IMG/VR virus record: IMGVR_UViG_3300019487_000021
Direction: 5' to 3' (one strand)
Length of the DNA: 64,000 bases
Source: a virus
Taxonomy: Duplodnaviria; Heunggongvirae; Uroviricota; Caudoviricetes
Shown here: piece after piece, positions 27,993 to 35,575 of the stretch
Layout of the letters: every line of letters starts with the position of its first letter
How positions within the stretch are numbered: position 1 is the first letter of the stretch
Notes under the pieces: model-generated
The model's input: the letters and a program-made list of their open reading frames with translations, nothing else
Told to the model about the DNA's origin: nothing
Databases searched by the model: none
Position numbers and translations under genes: made by a program

Positions 27993-28067
27993 GGTGATTG
28001 TAATGTAGCGGTTAGCATCCGACTCTGTGAAAGTCGTAGGGCGAGTTCGAATCTCGTCGATCACCCC
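27993..28067 (+). tRNA. trnH: tRNA-His(GTG), G-1 encoded
   Basis: CGACT-CTGTGAA-AGTCG; G-1:C73 pair. Confidence 0.9.
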
Positions 28068-28204
28068 TAAGAACGCATCAACACATGACATTCTGTTTGT
28101 TCCAAATCGAGAAACTGGAAACTGTTGGGAGTGTAACGTTTCGAACAAATCGCAACGGAAAGATTCGAGAGAGCCACAAAGCTCGATGGGTTGAAGATTT
28201 TTAT

Positions 28205-28297
28205 GGAAGATTGGATGAGTGGATTATGTCGGCACCCTGCTAAGGTGTTGAGCGTCGTCAAGATGCTCCGTGGGTTCGAATCCCACATCTTCCTCCA
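28205..28297 (+). tRNA. trnS: tRNA-Ser(GCT)
   Basis: Long variable arm, CCA. Confidence 0.9.
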
Positions 28298-28298
28298 A

Positions 28299-28359
28299 TG
28301 TCTCGGCTGATGGATACAGAACTAACCCTGCGAAGGTTCGATTCCTTTCCGGGACACCA
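28299..28359 (+). pseudogene. tRNA-like RNA lacking proper D/anticodon arms
   Basis: TGTCTCG/CGGGACA acceptor, T-arm, CCA. Confidence 0.55.
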
Positions 28360-28413
28360 GAACGTTGGGCGGAGCCGCTGGTGTGGGCGGCTCCGCCGGT
28401 GCCAAAGAAATAT

Positions 28414-28488
28414 GGAGCGTTGGTATATCGGCGATTATTCCTGACTGTCTATCAGGAGAGACGGGTTCGACTCCCGTACGTTCCGCCA
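28414..28488 (+). tRNA. trnD: tRNA-Asp(GTC)
   Basis: CCTGA-CTGTCTA-TCAGG, CCA. Confidence 0.9.
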
Positions 28489-28656
28489 TATTAATTAAGA
28501 GATACCGTGATCTTCCAGCCAACAAGGAGCTGGTGACTTCCACAACTCGGGAAGTCTAACAAATGCACGGGCCAATTTGGCCGAACCCCACCGGCGGAGC
28601 GAAGAGTAGGGAACAACATCTACGGATGCCTTTATTCGGTTGCAGAATGGGGAAAT

Positions 28657-28740
28657 GGATGACGAGTAGCATTGGCGACTGCAGCGGGCTGTAACCCCGT
28701 GTCCTCTGGACGCTAGGTTCGAATCCTAGGTCATCCACCA
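28657..28740 (+). tRNA. trnY: tRNA-Tyr(GTA)
   Basis: Long variable arm, CCA. Confidence 0.9.
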
Positions 28741-28774
28741 CGAATTCAATGTAGCGGCTGGGCAGACTTTCTAC

Positions 28775-28849
28775 GGTGGATTGGTGAACTGGCTATCACG
28801 TGACCCTCATAAGGTTGAGTAGGCGGATCGTAACCGCCATCCACTACCA
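28775..28849 (+). tRNA. tRNA with CAT anticodon (Met or Ile2)
   Basis: CT-CAT-AA loop, atypical ATCGTAA T-loop, CCA. Confidence 0.75.
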
Positions 28850-28858
28850 GGAGATGAC

Positions 28859-29074
28859 ATGAATAAGTGGGACGAACAAGCAGATGGGAATGCAAGGGAG
28901 AAGTGTTATTTTAACAATCGTCGTGACGAACGAATCTTTAATGAAGACTCTTCTCCAGAAGAAAAGATTCGTTTAATCGGAGAACAAATCGCTTTTGTGG
29001 ACGGACTTCATGAAGCTGTGAACATCTTGTACAGAATGAGCGAATCCAATACCGTAAATGGTGAATTGAATTGA
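28859..29074 (+). CDS. hypothetical protein
   Basis: AGGAG SD, 71 aa. Confidence 0.55.
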   Translation: MNKWDEQADGNAREKCYFNNRRDERIFNEDSSPEEKIRLIGEQIAFVDGLHEAVNILYRMSESNTVNGELN

Positions 29075-29098
29075 TCGCTATGATCAAACAGAAATAAT

Positions 29099-29184
29099 GC
29101 CCTTGTGTGTAATTGGTAAACGCACGACGTTGAGAGCGTCGGCCACATAAGTGGGTGCAGGTTCGACTCCTGTCAAGGGCACCA
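29099..29184 (+). tRNA. trnL: tRNA-Leu(GAG)
   Basis: CGACG-TTGAGAG-CGTCG, long variable arm, CCA. Confidence 0.85.
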
Positions 29185-29188
29185 AGTT

Positions 29189-29213
29189 GTTGCGCAGTAA
29201 GACAGTTACTTCA
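29189..29213 (+). repeat. dispersed element GTTGCGYAGT-N6-GTTACTTCA, copy 1
   Basis: Same spacing at 30474 and 31757. Confidence 0.8.
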
Positions 29214-29274
29214 CTTTATGCAAAAGCGAGTTAGGGCGTTCGATTCCCCTCTAGAATCCTGGTGGAACTTGATT

Positions 29275-29342
29275 GGCGAGGTAGTTTAATGGAGAACAGC
29301 CCCGCGGGGCTAACGGGGGTTGGAATCCCTCCTTCGCCGCTA
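29275..29342 (+). pseudogene. tRNA-like RNA with collapsed anticodon loop
   Basis: GGCGAGG/CTTCGCC acceptor; AGCCCC-GC-GGGGCT in place of anticodon arm. Confidence 0.55.
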
Positions 29343-29346
29343 ATAT

Positions 29347-29423
29347 CAGGGTGTAATGTCAATTGGTAGACGGCCTGTTTTGGAGACAGGAGGTTGGAAG
29401 TTCGAGTCTTCTCACCCTGACCA
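29347..29423 (+). tRNA. trnP: tRNA-Pro(TGG)
   Basis: CCTGT-TTTGGAG-ACAGG, CCA. Confidence 0.9.
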
Positions 29424-29429
29424 TATTAT

Positions 29430-29594
29430 CGGATGTGGCGCAAATGAAGACGGCTCCCCACTAGCGGGAGAGAGGTGGATATGCGACTAAGTCGGTGAGT
29501 TGAGGGATAACCGCTCGAGAGGCCCTTCGACAAGAGTTCCGAAAGAAAGGTGTCTGTATATCTTATGCAGGTTCAAATCCTGTTCATCCGCACC
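29430..29594 (+). ncRNA. tRNA-like RNA with about 90-nt expanded variable region
   Basis: CGGATG/CATCCG acceptor, CTCCC/GGGAG arm, T-arm CAGG-TTCAAAT-CCTG. Confidence 0.5.
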
Positions 29595-29631
29595 CTGTTT
29601 CATCTTATAAGTAATGTATCACTTATAAGAG

Positions 29632-30408
29632 ATGGAAATGATTGTTGTCACAGGTGCTCATGGTTTTATTGGAAGTCATGTTGTCAAAACACTGCAGACG
29701 CGAGGACGTCAAGTAGTATCGATCGATATCGACAACCGAAACACGTTGTTTGAACTTACTGATGTTGAGGCTGTCATTCATCAAGGCGCGTGTGCAGACA
29801 CAACCGAAACAGACGTATCGCGCATGATGGAGTTAAACTATGACTACTCTAAGCGTGTGTTAGAGTACTGTCAGAACATTCCTTTGATCTATGCATCGTC
29901 GGCCGCTGTGTACGGTAACACACCAGGACAGGAACATCCGTTGAATCTTTACGGATGGTCAAAGCTGATGTTCGACGACCTTGTTCGAGCGACTAAACTG
30001 CCACACGTCGTTGGACTACGATATTTCAACGTGTACGGTCCTGGTGAGCATTGCAAAGGACGTATGGCGTCGATGATACATCAACTGTGTGAGCAATACA
30101 AAACAACTGGTAAAGTCAGACTGTTTGAGAGCGGTGAACAACAACGAGATTTCATTCATGTCGAAGATGTCGTGAATGTTATCATGTCCTTTCTCACCAA
30201 TCCTATTGGCGGAATCTACGATGTTGGAACAGGTGTGGCAATATCATTTAACGAATTAGCGCGAATCATCACGCAAGATTCGAGCAATGCAATTGAGTAT
30301 TTTCCGATGCCAGAACAGATCAAAGGAAAATACCAAACATATACACAAGCTGACCTCACGCAATTGCGTCGTGTAGGTTATGCAAAAGACATTCTTGGTG
30401 TAGGCTAG
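29632..30408 (+). CDS. hldD: ADP-L-glycero-D-manno-heptose 6-epimerase-like SDR
   Basis: 'VTGAHGFIGS', 'HQGACADTTE', 'YASSAAVYG', 'PLNLYGWSK', 'LRYFNVYGPGE', 'GRMAS'. Confidence 0.85.
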   Translation: MEMIVVTGAHGFIGSHVVKTLQTRGRQVVSIDIDNRNTLFELTDVEAVIHQGACADTTETDVSRMMELNYDYSKRVLEYCQNIPLIYASSAAVYGNTPGQEHPLNLYGWSKLMFDDLVRATKLPHVVGLRYFNVYGPGEHCKGRMASMIHQLCEQYKTTGKVRLFESGEQQRDFIHVEDVVNVIMSFLTNPIGGIYDVGTGVAISFNELARIITQDSSNAIEYFPMPEQIKGKYQTYTQADLTQLRRVGYAKDILGVG

Positions 30409-30470
30409 TCTGGTTAGTCACTCCGTTTGGGGCGGAGACCACGCAGGTTCGACTCCTGTCACCAAGACCA
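30394..30470 (+). tRNA. trnP: tRNA-Pro(TGG), overlapping hldD stop
   Basis: CTCCG-TTTGGGG-CGGAG, CCA. Confidence 0.85.
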
Positions 30471-30473
30471 ATC

Positions 30474-30498
30474 GTTGCGCAGTAGTAGAGTTACTTCA
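30474..30498 (+). repeat. dispersed element copy 2
   Basis: GTTGCGCAGT-AGTAGA-GTTACTTCA. Confidence 0.8.
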
Positions 30499-30719
30499 TT
30501 TAGTTCGACTCTAAAATTCGCCACAAAGAGCATCGAGGTGTTTTTTGTGGCGAATCGGCCGTGGGGCCAAGCGGGCTCATAACCCGAGCGGGAAACCGCA
30601 TGTTCTCTGCACGTTTAATCTCGATTGATGTTCCTAACAGTCATCCGCCAAGCGTTTATAAGACAAAGTAGCGTCCCACAGCCACGCACACAGAGGTGGT
30701 TTTGTCGTGCTACAAATTT

Positions 30720-30794
30720 CTCCGTAGAGCGTGAGGGTTAGCGTACAACGTTTGGGGCGTTGTGGACAAGATTCAAGTTCTTGTACGGAGACCA
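30720..30794 (+). tRNA. trnP: tRNA-Pro(TGG)
   Basis: CAACG-TTTGGGG-CGTTG, CCA. Confidence 0.85.
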
Positions 30795-30798
30795 TTAT

Positions 30799-30818
30799 GT
30801 AGTGTTCGTCTATTGGTA
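30799..30818 (+). pseudogene. 5' fragment of a tRNA-Glu-like gene
   Basis: GTAGTGT-TC-GTCT-ATTGGTA resembles Glu D-arm; interrupted by HNH cassette. Confidence 0.4.
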
Positions 30819-30860
30819 TGCCCCTGATGGTGTCCTATAAATACTATCAGGAGGACTTAT

Positions 30861-31514
30861 ATGGATTGGGACAATAAAGAAATATTAGAACGAGCGATAT
30901 CTACAGCAACAAATCTAAAACAGGCGTTGGCAAATCTTGGCTATAAAAATGGTGGAATGACGCGGGAAAGATTGTTAACTGCAATCAAACAACACAAAAT
31001 TTCAACCGAACACTTTGCACCACATAAGCGACAACAGACAAGCGTGTTTGATAACACCGAGTTGTTGAAACAAGCTGTTCAACGATCAAAGTCGCGCGCA
31101 GAAGTTGTTCGGCGAATGGGTATGAGCGTTTCAGGAGCATCATACAAAATTCTTCAAGCACGATTATTTAAACATAACATTTCGACTGATCATTTTGATC
31201 CGTACAGTGCTGGTTATGAAAGGAAACGATTGAGCAAACGCTTGCGAAAAATAGCGTTGAAGGATATTCTTACCAAAAACTCAACGTATGATCGAAAAGA
31301 TCTGAAAAAGCGTCTCGTTGAAGAATGTAGACTTGATTATAAGTGTGCAAAGTGCGAAAATGGTGGTATATGGCAGGGAGAAACGTTAACTTTGCAGCTT
31401 GAACACAAAAATGGTGTGAATAATGACAATCGTCTGCAAAATTTGGAATTTCTTTGTCCAAACTGTCATTCACAGACAGCAACATATGCTGGACGAAACA
31501 GCAAAAAACATTGA
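30861..31514 (+). CDS. free-standing HNH endonuclease
   Basis: 'CAKC...LQLEHKNGVNNDNRLQNLEFLCPNCHSQT'; own TATAAATA at 30836. Confidence 0.9.
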   Translation: MDWDNKEILERAISTATNLKQALANLGYKNGGMTRERLLTAIKQHKISTEHFAPHKRQQTSVFDNTELLKQAVQRSKSRAEVVRRMGMSVSGASYKILQARLFKHNISTDHFDPYSAGYERKRLSKRLRKIALKDILTKNSTYDRKDLKKRLVEECRLDYKCAKCENGGIWQGETLTLQLEHKNGVNNDNRLQNLEFLCPNCHSQTATYAGRNSKKH

Positions 31515-31586
31515 ACGGTTGGATTTCTGGAGAGATCCTCGGCCCTTCAAGCCGAAGAGACGGGTTCGATTCCCGTACCGTTCACA
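31513..31586 (+). tRNA. trnE: tRNA-Glu(TTC)
   Basis: TCGGC-CCTTCAA-GCCGA. Confidence 0.8.
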
Positions 31587-31658
31587 GCTGTTTTGGTGAA
31601 ATAGCTCGCCATTACGGAAGGTTGAAACACCGGATTCGAATCCGGTTGGGAACGCCAC

Positions 31659-31749
31659 GGAAGGTATTGTTCCGGCGAACAGGCTTGCCTTGAAAACAAG
31701 TGAACAGCGGTGAAGAACTGCTGGGGGATCGACACCTCTACCTTCCGCT
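31659..31749 (+). tRNA. trnS: tRNA-Ser(TGA)
   Basis: CT-TGA-AA loop, long variable arm. Confidence 0.75.
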
Positions 31750-31751
31750 GA

Positions 31752-31858
31752 AGCTTGTTGCGTAGTACAACGGTTACTTCATTGGTTGAAAATCTGACTA
31801 CAAATCAGACATAGCTGGTTCAAATCCAGCGTCTTCCGTGTACACAATAACTCAAGCT
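31752..31858 (+). ncRNA. dispersed element copy 3: end-paired RNA enclosing tRNA-like arms
   Basis: AGCTTG/CAAGCT and GTAC-A-ACGG/CCGT-GTAC pairings enclose TCTGA/TCAGA and GCTGG-TTCAAAT-CCAGC arms. Confidence 0.55.
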
Positions 31859-31862
31859 CTTT

Positions 31863-31926
31863 GTACAGGTAGCTCAGTTGGTAGAGCAGCGTGCGTGTCG
31901 GTGGTTCAATTCCACCCCTGTACACA
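31863..31926 (+). pseudogene. tRNA-like RNA lacking the anticodon arm
   Basis: GTACAGG/CCTGTAC acceptor, canonical D and T arms. Confidence 0.65.
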
Positions 31927-31948
31927 CAAACCACGTAAATACTTAACT

Positions 31949-32419
31949 ATGAAACTCAACGAAATCTCATGGACGCCTGGCACAGCCCGAATGTTTCACA
32001 GCAATCGGCCTGGCAAACAAGTGCTTCGTAAGTTGCCTGGTTCGTTTCGCATCACGAAAGATCAGGACACATACTACTTGTACAACGGCAATTCAATTGT
32101 GTCGCGAATAAGTTTGTTCAAACTTCGTGGGCGAGGAAGAGGATATGTGTTTATGGACAACGTTCGTACGTGGCCTCGATATCAAGGTCAAGGATATATA
32201 AAAACGTTAATGGACCACGTGTTTGATGGTTACAAGGAACGGCCTGTATATGTTAATGCTCGGCCCGGTCATGAATCGATCTATCGAAGTGTTGGTTTTC
32301 AGGAAATTCCGCTTGATGAAATAACACCCGAAATGCTCGACGTTTTAGACTACCATCACAAGGCACTTGATTATCAAGGACACAATCCTTATGATTATGT
32401 ATTGATGGTACTGAGATGA
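31949..32419 (+). CDS. GNAT-like acetyltransferase
   Basis: 'VRTWPRYQGQGYIKTLM' acetyl-CoA motif A. Confidence 0.6.
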   Translation: MKLNEISWTPGTARMFHSNRPGKQVLRKLPGSFRITKDQDTYYLYNGNSIVSRISLFKLRGRGRGYVFMDNVRTWPRYQGQGYIKTLMDHVFDGYKERPVYVNARPGHESIYRSVGFQEIPLDEITPEMLDVLDYHHKALDYQGHNPYDYVLMVLR

Positions 32420-32453
32420 GAAATAAATAGGGTTATCCAACAGGAGGAATACA

Positions 32454-32624
32454 ATGTATTGGATAATCGTTATTATGACGTTTCACGGATGCAGTGGTCC
32501 GATTGAAATACCGTCACAACTACGCTTTGAAACGCAACAGGAATGCACACTTGCGATTGCGCAGCATAAGGATCTTCTTGAAGATGATCCTAACGCAACA
32601 TTGAAGTGTGAACAAGCAGACTAA
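32454..32624 (+). CDS. small membrane/secreted protein (56 aa)
   Basis: AGGAGG SD; hydrophobic N-terminus, two distal Cys. Confidence 0.6.
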   Translation: MYWIIVIMTFHGCSGPIEIPSQLRFETQQECTLAIAQHKDLLEDDPNATLKCEQAD

Positions 32625-32755
32625 TCTTGGCATTAAACGTTGTTGGTTTCACAGAAGTCGATTCGCTCATTATGACATTCCCAAGAAGAGAATAGCTGAA
32701 GAGTGAGTGGAAAATGGTTGTGGTAAGTTCTAAGGAACTATTAGCGTTGATTAAA

Positions 32756-32830
32756 GCCGGTTTAGCTGAGATGGATTAGCGCCACGCTGAAGACGTGGAG
32801 GGGTTGGCTCGATACCAACAGCCGGCACCA
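32756..32830 (+). tRNA. trnF: tRNA-Phe(GAA)
   Basis: CCACG-CTGAAGA-CGTGG, CCA. Confidence 0.9.
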
Positions 32831-32912
32831 GTATCGAATGGTGTTCATAGTTTTCAGACTACTAAATAGTTCATGAAAACTAAACTAGGCGAAGCAGAAC
32901 ATCGGGTTAAAG

Positions 32913-33179
32913 ATGCTGGCAGAGGCTAAAGAAGTGAAGATGTTCGGCACCACTGGTTGGTGTGGGACCTACAAAGGGATGCCCGCGCTCATCACGAGCT
33001 ATTACGGTGGGGCCGACCTTTGGGTCTACGGAGAAGACGGTTGGGAGAAGCTGTACACTTCATCAGCGGGAGCTTTCACCCTGTACGAAGACCTGAAACA
33101 ACACTTAGTGCCCCAATACGTGAAAGTAGGGCCCACGGCAGTTGGTTGGCTGGACACCGAGACAAATGTTCGAAGATAG
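32913..33179 (+). CDS. hypothetical protein
   Basis: 88-aa ORF on the array strand. Confidence 0.5.
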   Translation: MLAEAKEVKMFGTTGWCGTYKGMPALITSYYGGADLWVYGEDGWEKLYTSSAGAFTLYEDLKQHLVPQYVKVGPTAVGWLDTETNVRR

Positions 33180-33381
33180 AGCCAGTACTCGAATCTCTTT
33201 CCTGGAGATTCACACCGGCCGGAACGGGGTGGGCCTCGTTTTGTACGAAAGAATGCTTCAAAGCGAGATGGATTACAAGTACATTGTTAATACATGATTT
33301 AACATTACACAAATGAACCGGCTGGATATGTCGAGTCGGGCATTGCGTATGTTGTTCATGAACGATCGGAATGAATTGAAT

Positions 33382-33467
33382 GGTCTCGTGGTGAAATTTG
33401 GTAGACACGCCATCTTGAGGGGGTGGTGCCGATAGGTGTGAGAGTTCGAGTCTCTCCGAGACCACCA
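33382..33467 (+). tRNA. trnL: tRNA-Leu(GAG)
   Basis: CCATC-TTGAGGG-GGTGG, CCA. Confidence 0.9.
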
Positions 33468-33485
33468 AACATAGGAGAAATAGAC

Positions 33486-34034
33486 GTGAAAGTGTACATC
33501 GGGAAATATCGTAGTTGGGTTGGTCCTTACCAGCTCGCACATCTGTTGCAACACGTTGGCGTTTCAGAAGATCGTTGTCATCAACTTGGTGACTGGTTGG
33601 CTAACACTAACACTTGGGTCCGTTCTTTGTGTGACTGGTTGGAGAGCAAAAAGAAACGAACCATCAAAGTTCGCATTGACAACTACGACGTGTGGTCAAT
33701 GGATTCAACATTGGCGTATATTGTTCTTCCAATGTTGAAGAAGCTTCAAGAAGTGAAACATGGATCACCATTCACGGATGACGCGGATGTACCAGAACAT
33801 CTTCGGTCGACTGCGGCTCCTCCTGTGGAACATGCATGGGACACGGACGAATTGTTTCACCAACGATGGGATTACATTCTTAGTGAGATGATTTGGGCTT
33901 TTGAACAAATCCATCCTAGCAATGAGCGAGATGAGTACAATGAGCGAGATGAGTACAAACGAGAACAACGAGAACAACGCATCGACAACGGAATGAAATT
34001 GTTTGGTAAATACTTACGAGCATTGTGGGACTAA
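33486..34034 (+). CDS. conserved-looking phage hypothetical protein
   Basis: GTG start with AGGAG SD; 'WDYILSEMIWAFEQ'. Confidence 0.7.
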   Translation: MKVYIGKYRSWVGPYQLAHLLQHVGVSEDRCHQLGDWLANTNTWVRSLCDWLESKKKRTIKVRIDNYDVWSMDSTLAYIVLPMLKKLQEVKHGSPFTDDADVPEHLRSTAAPPVEHAWDTDELFHQRWDYILSEMIWAFEQIHPSNERDEYNERDEYKREQREQRIDNGMKLFGKYLRALWD

Positions 34035-34057
34035 ATTGGTCACGCAAAGATACACTG

Positions 34058-34149
34058 GGAAGATCAACTGGACAGGCGCGCCAGAGCTGATTCGAAATCA
34101 GATTGAACCGTGAGAGCGGTTTGGGCTTCGAGTGCTCGGTCTTCCGCCA
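34058..34149 (+). tRNA. trnS: tRNA-Ser(CGA)
   Basis: CTGA-TTCGAAA-TCAG, long variable arm, CCA. Confidence 0.8.
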
Positions 34150-34158
34150 GGAGACTGT

Positions 34159-34455
34159 ATGAAACGAAGAGACGTTCTTGGATTATTGTTGGCGTTGATT
34201 GTACCTAGCATTGGATCCAGTCAACCAACTGTGACGATGTATGGTACATCGCGGTGTCCGTATTGCCGTCAAGCGCGAGTGTTCTTCGGACGAAATAACA
34301 TAGTTTACTTTGACTACGATATCGAAAAAGATTTCGATGCAGCAGCTAGATTCAAACGACTGGGTGGGCATGGTGTTCCACTGATTGTTGTTGGAAACAC
34401 TATTGTGTACGGGTTTAACGAAAATCGACTAAAACAACTACTCAGCATTAACTAA
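34159..34455 (+). CDS. exported glutaredoxin/NrdH-like protein
   Basis: Signal-like N-terminus; 'CPYC', 'GVPLIVVG'. Confidence 0.85.
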   Translation: MKRRDVLGLLLALIVPSIGSSQPTVTMYGTSRCPYCRQARVFFGRNNIVYFDYDIEKDFDAAARFKRLGGHGVPLIVVGNTIVYGFNENRLKQLLSIN

Positions 34456-34504
34456 CTTTGGCCTTGTGGTGGAATCGGTATACACGCTCATAAAGACACG
34501 AAAC

Positions 34505-34590
34505 GGGCTTGTGACGTAATTTGGTAGCCGTGCAAGATTCAGAATCTTGTGATCTGTGATCGTGTGGGTTCGAGTCCCACCTTGCCCACA
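34505..34590 (+). tRNA. trnL: tRNA-Leu(CAG)
   Basis: CAAGA-TTCAGAA-TCTTG; preceded by a Leu-like 5' fragment (about 34460-34488). Confidence 0.9.
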
Positions 34591-34635
34591 AAGGTAGTTC
34601 CCTAAGGTGGAACGAAGATATAAAGATAGTACACT

Positions 34636-34710
34636 GCCCTGTAAGGTGTAATGGAATGCACGCAACGCTTCGAACGTTGAAGAGCCGTCCGATTCGGATA
34701 CAGGGCGCCA
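34636..34710 (+). tRNA. trnR: tRNA-Arg(TCG), atypical T-arm
   Basis: CAACG-CTTCGAA-CGTTG, CCA. Confidence 0.7.
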
Positions 34711-34735
34711 ATTCGAAAATAGGTTGTTTTTCCAA

Positions 34736-34909
34736 GTAGAGAAATTAGTCGCTGCGAGATTAGCAGCTGAGAAAGGATTTACGGCGGTGAAACACCAACG
34801 TGAAGTTGGTACAAGTTACTTCGATGAAGTTACTCAAGTAATTCAATCAGGTAAATCTTCGACAACGGCTTTGAAAGGTTCAACAGAAGAAGAGCAATTT
34901 CACAAGTAA
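34736..34909 (+). pseudogene. aceA: 3' fragment of isocitrate lyase
   Basis: '[22 protein letters not shown]...[14 protein letters not shown]' is the AceA C-terminus. Confidence 0.85.
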
Positions 34910-34914
34910 TCAAT

Positions 34915-34998
34915 GGCGGAGAAGTGGAACGGATATCATTGACCATAGGTGGCTCATAACCACCTGATAGCAGGTTCGACTCCTGACCTCCGCAACCA
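34915..34998 (+). tRNA. trnM: tRNA-Met(CAT), initiator-like
   Basis: GGTGG-CTCATAA-CCACC; 1:72 mismatch; CCA. Confidence 0.75.
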
Positions 34999-35004
34999 AA
35001 CAAT

Positions 35005-35106
35005 GCGGTCCTCGTACAACGTTAGTACGCCCGACAGTGAATCGGGAGATGGGGCACTTAAATTCTAGATCTATAGTGCTAGGTTCAATTCCCCCGGTCC
35101 GCTCTA
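35005..35106 (+). pseudogene. tRNA-His-like gene with hairpin insertion in the T-stem
   Basis: CCCGA-CAGTGAA-TCGGG arm; GCAC...GTGC insert splits GGGG/CCCC stem. Confidence 0.5.
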
Positions 35107-35117
35107 AGGAGAAGCAC

Positions 35118-35327
35118 ATGAGTACATTGAAAGAAATGGTTGTTGACAACAAAAAGGTTAAGTTCATTTTTTATCGTGAAAGAGAATTGTGGTACGAGAC
35201 GGAGACTGGATTTCAGTTTCCTGTGCCTATTGACGATATCGGCAATGCTATCTTCCTTGCGGAGGACAAAGCACTGCTATTCGTGCGATATATCCGCAAG
35301 CATCTCGAGTCAATCGTGAAGGTTTGA
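35118..35327 (+). CDS. hypothetical protein
   Basis: AGGAG SD; 'FPVPIDDIGNA'. Confidence 0.7.
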   Translation: MSTLKEMVVDNKKVKFIFYRERELWYETETGFQFPVPIDDIGNAIFLAEDKALLFVRYIRKHLESIVKV

Positions 35328-35411
35328 GTCCTTCTAGCACGTAAGTGCTATGGTGGAATGGTAGACACAACGGTCGTAAGACAGTTATTCCGACAATCAA
35401 CTCTGTTGTAA

Positions 35412-35484
35412 TTGGGGCGAGGCTTGGAGCTACTTTTGCCTTTGAAGCAAATAGGATAGGGTTCGATTCCCTACGCCCTTGCCA
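35412..35484 (+). tRNA. trnQ: tRNA-Gln(TTG)
   Basis: TTTGC-CTTTGAA-GCAAA, CCA. Confidence 0.75.
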
Positions 35485-35575
35485 ATCTTTGAAGGTCTCG
35501 TTTCGTTTCAAAGACATAAATACCGTAAGAGGTGTTTATGACTACAAAAATTACCCGTTTTGAAGTCGGCAATTT

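Noticed and set aside
29189-31781. CRISPR-like repeats from the 25-nt dispersed element
   Set aside because: Copies are about 1.3 kb apart with a variable core and follow tRNAs; no spacer regularity.
32625-32750. Possible gene with 'WFH...HYDIPK' motif
   Set aside because: No start codon and interrupted by stops; at most a decayed fragment.
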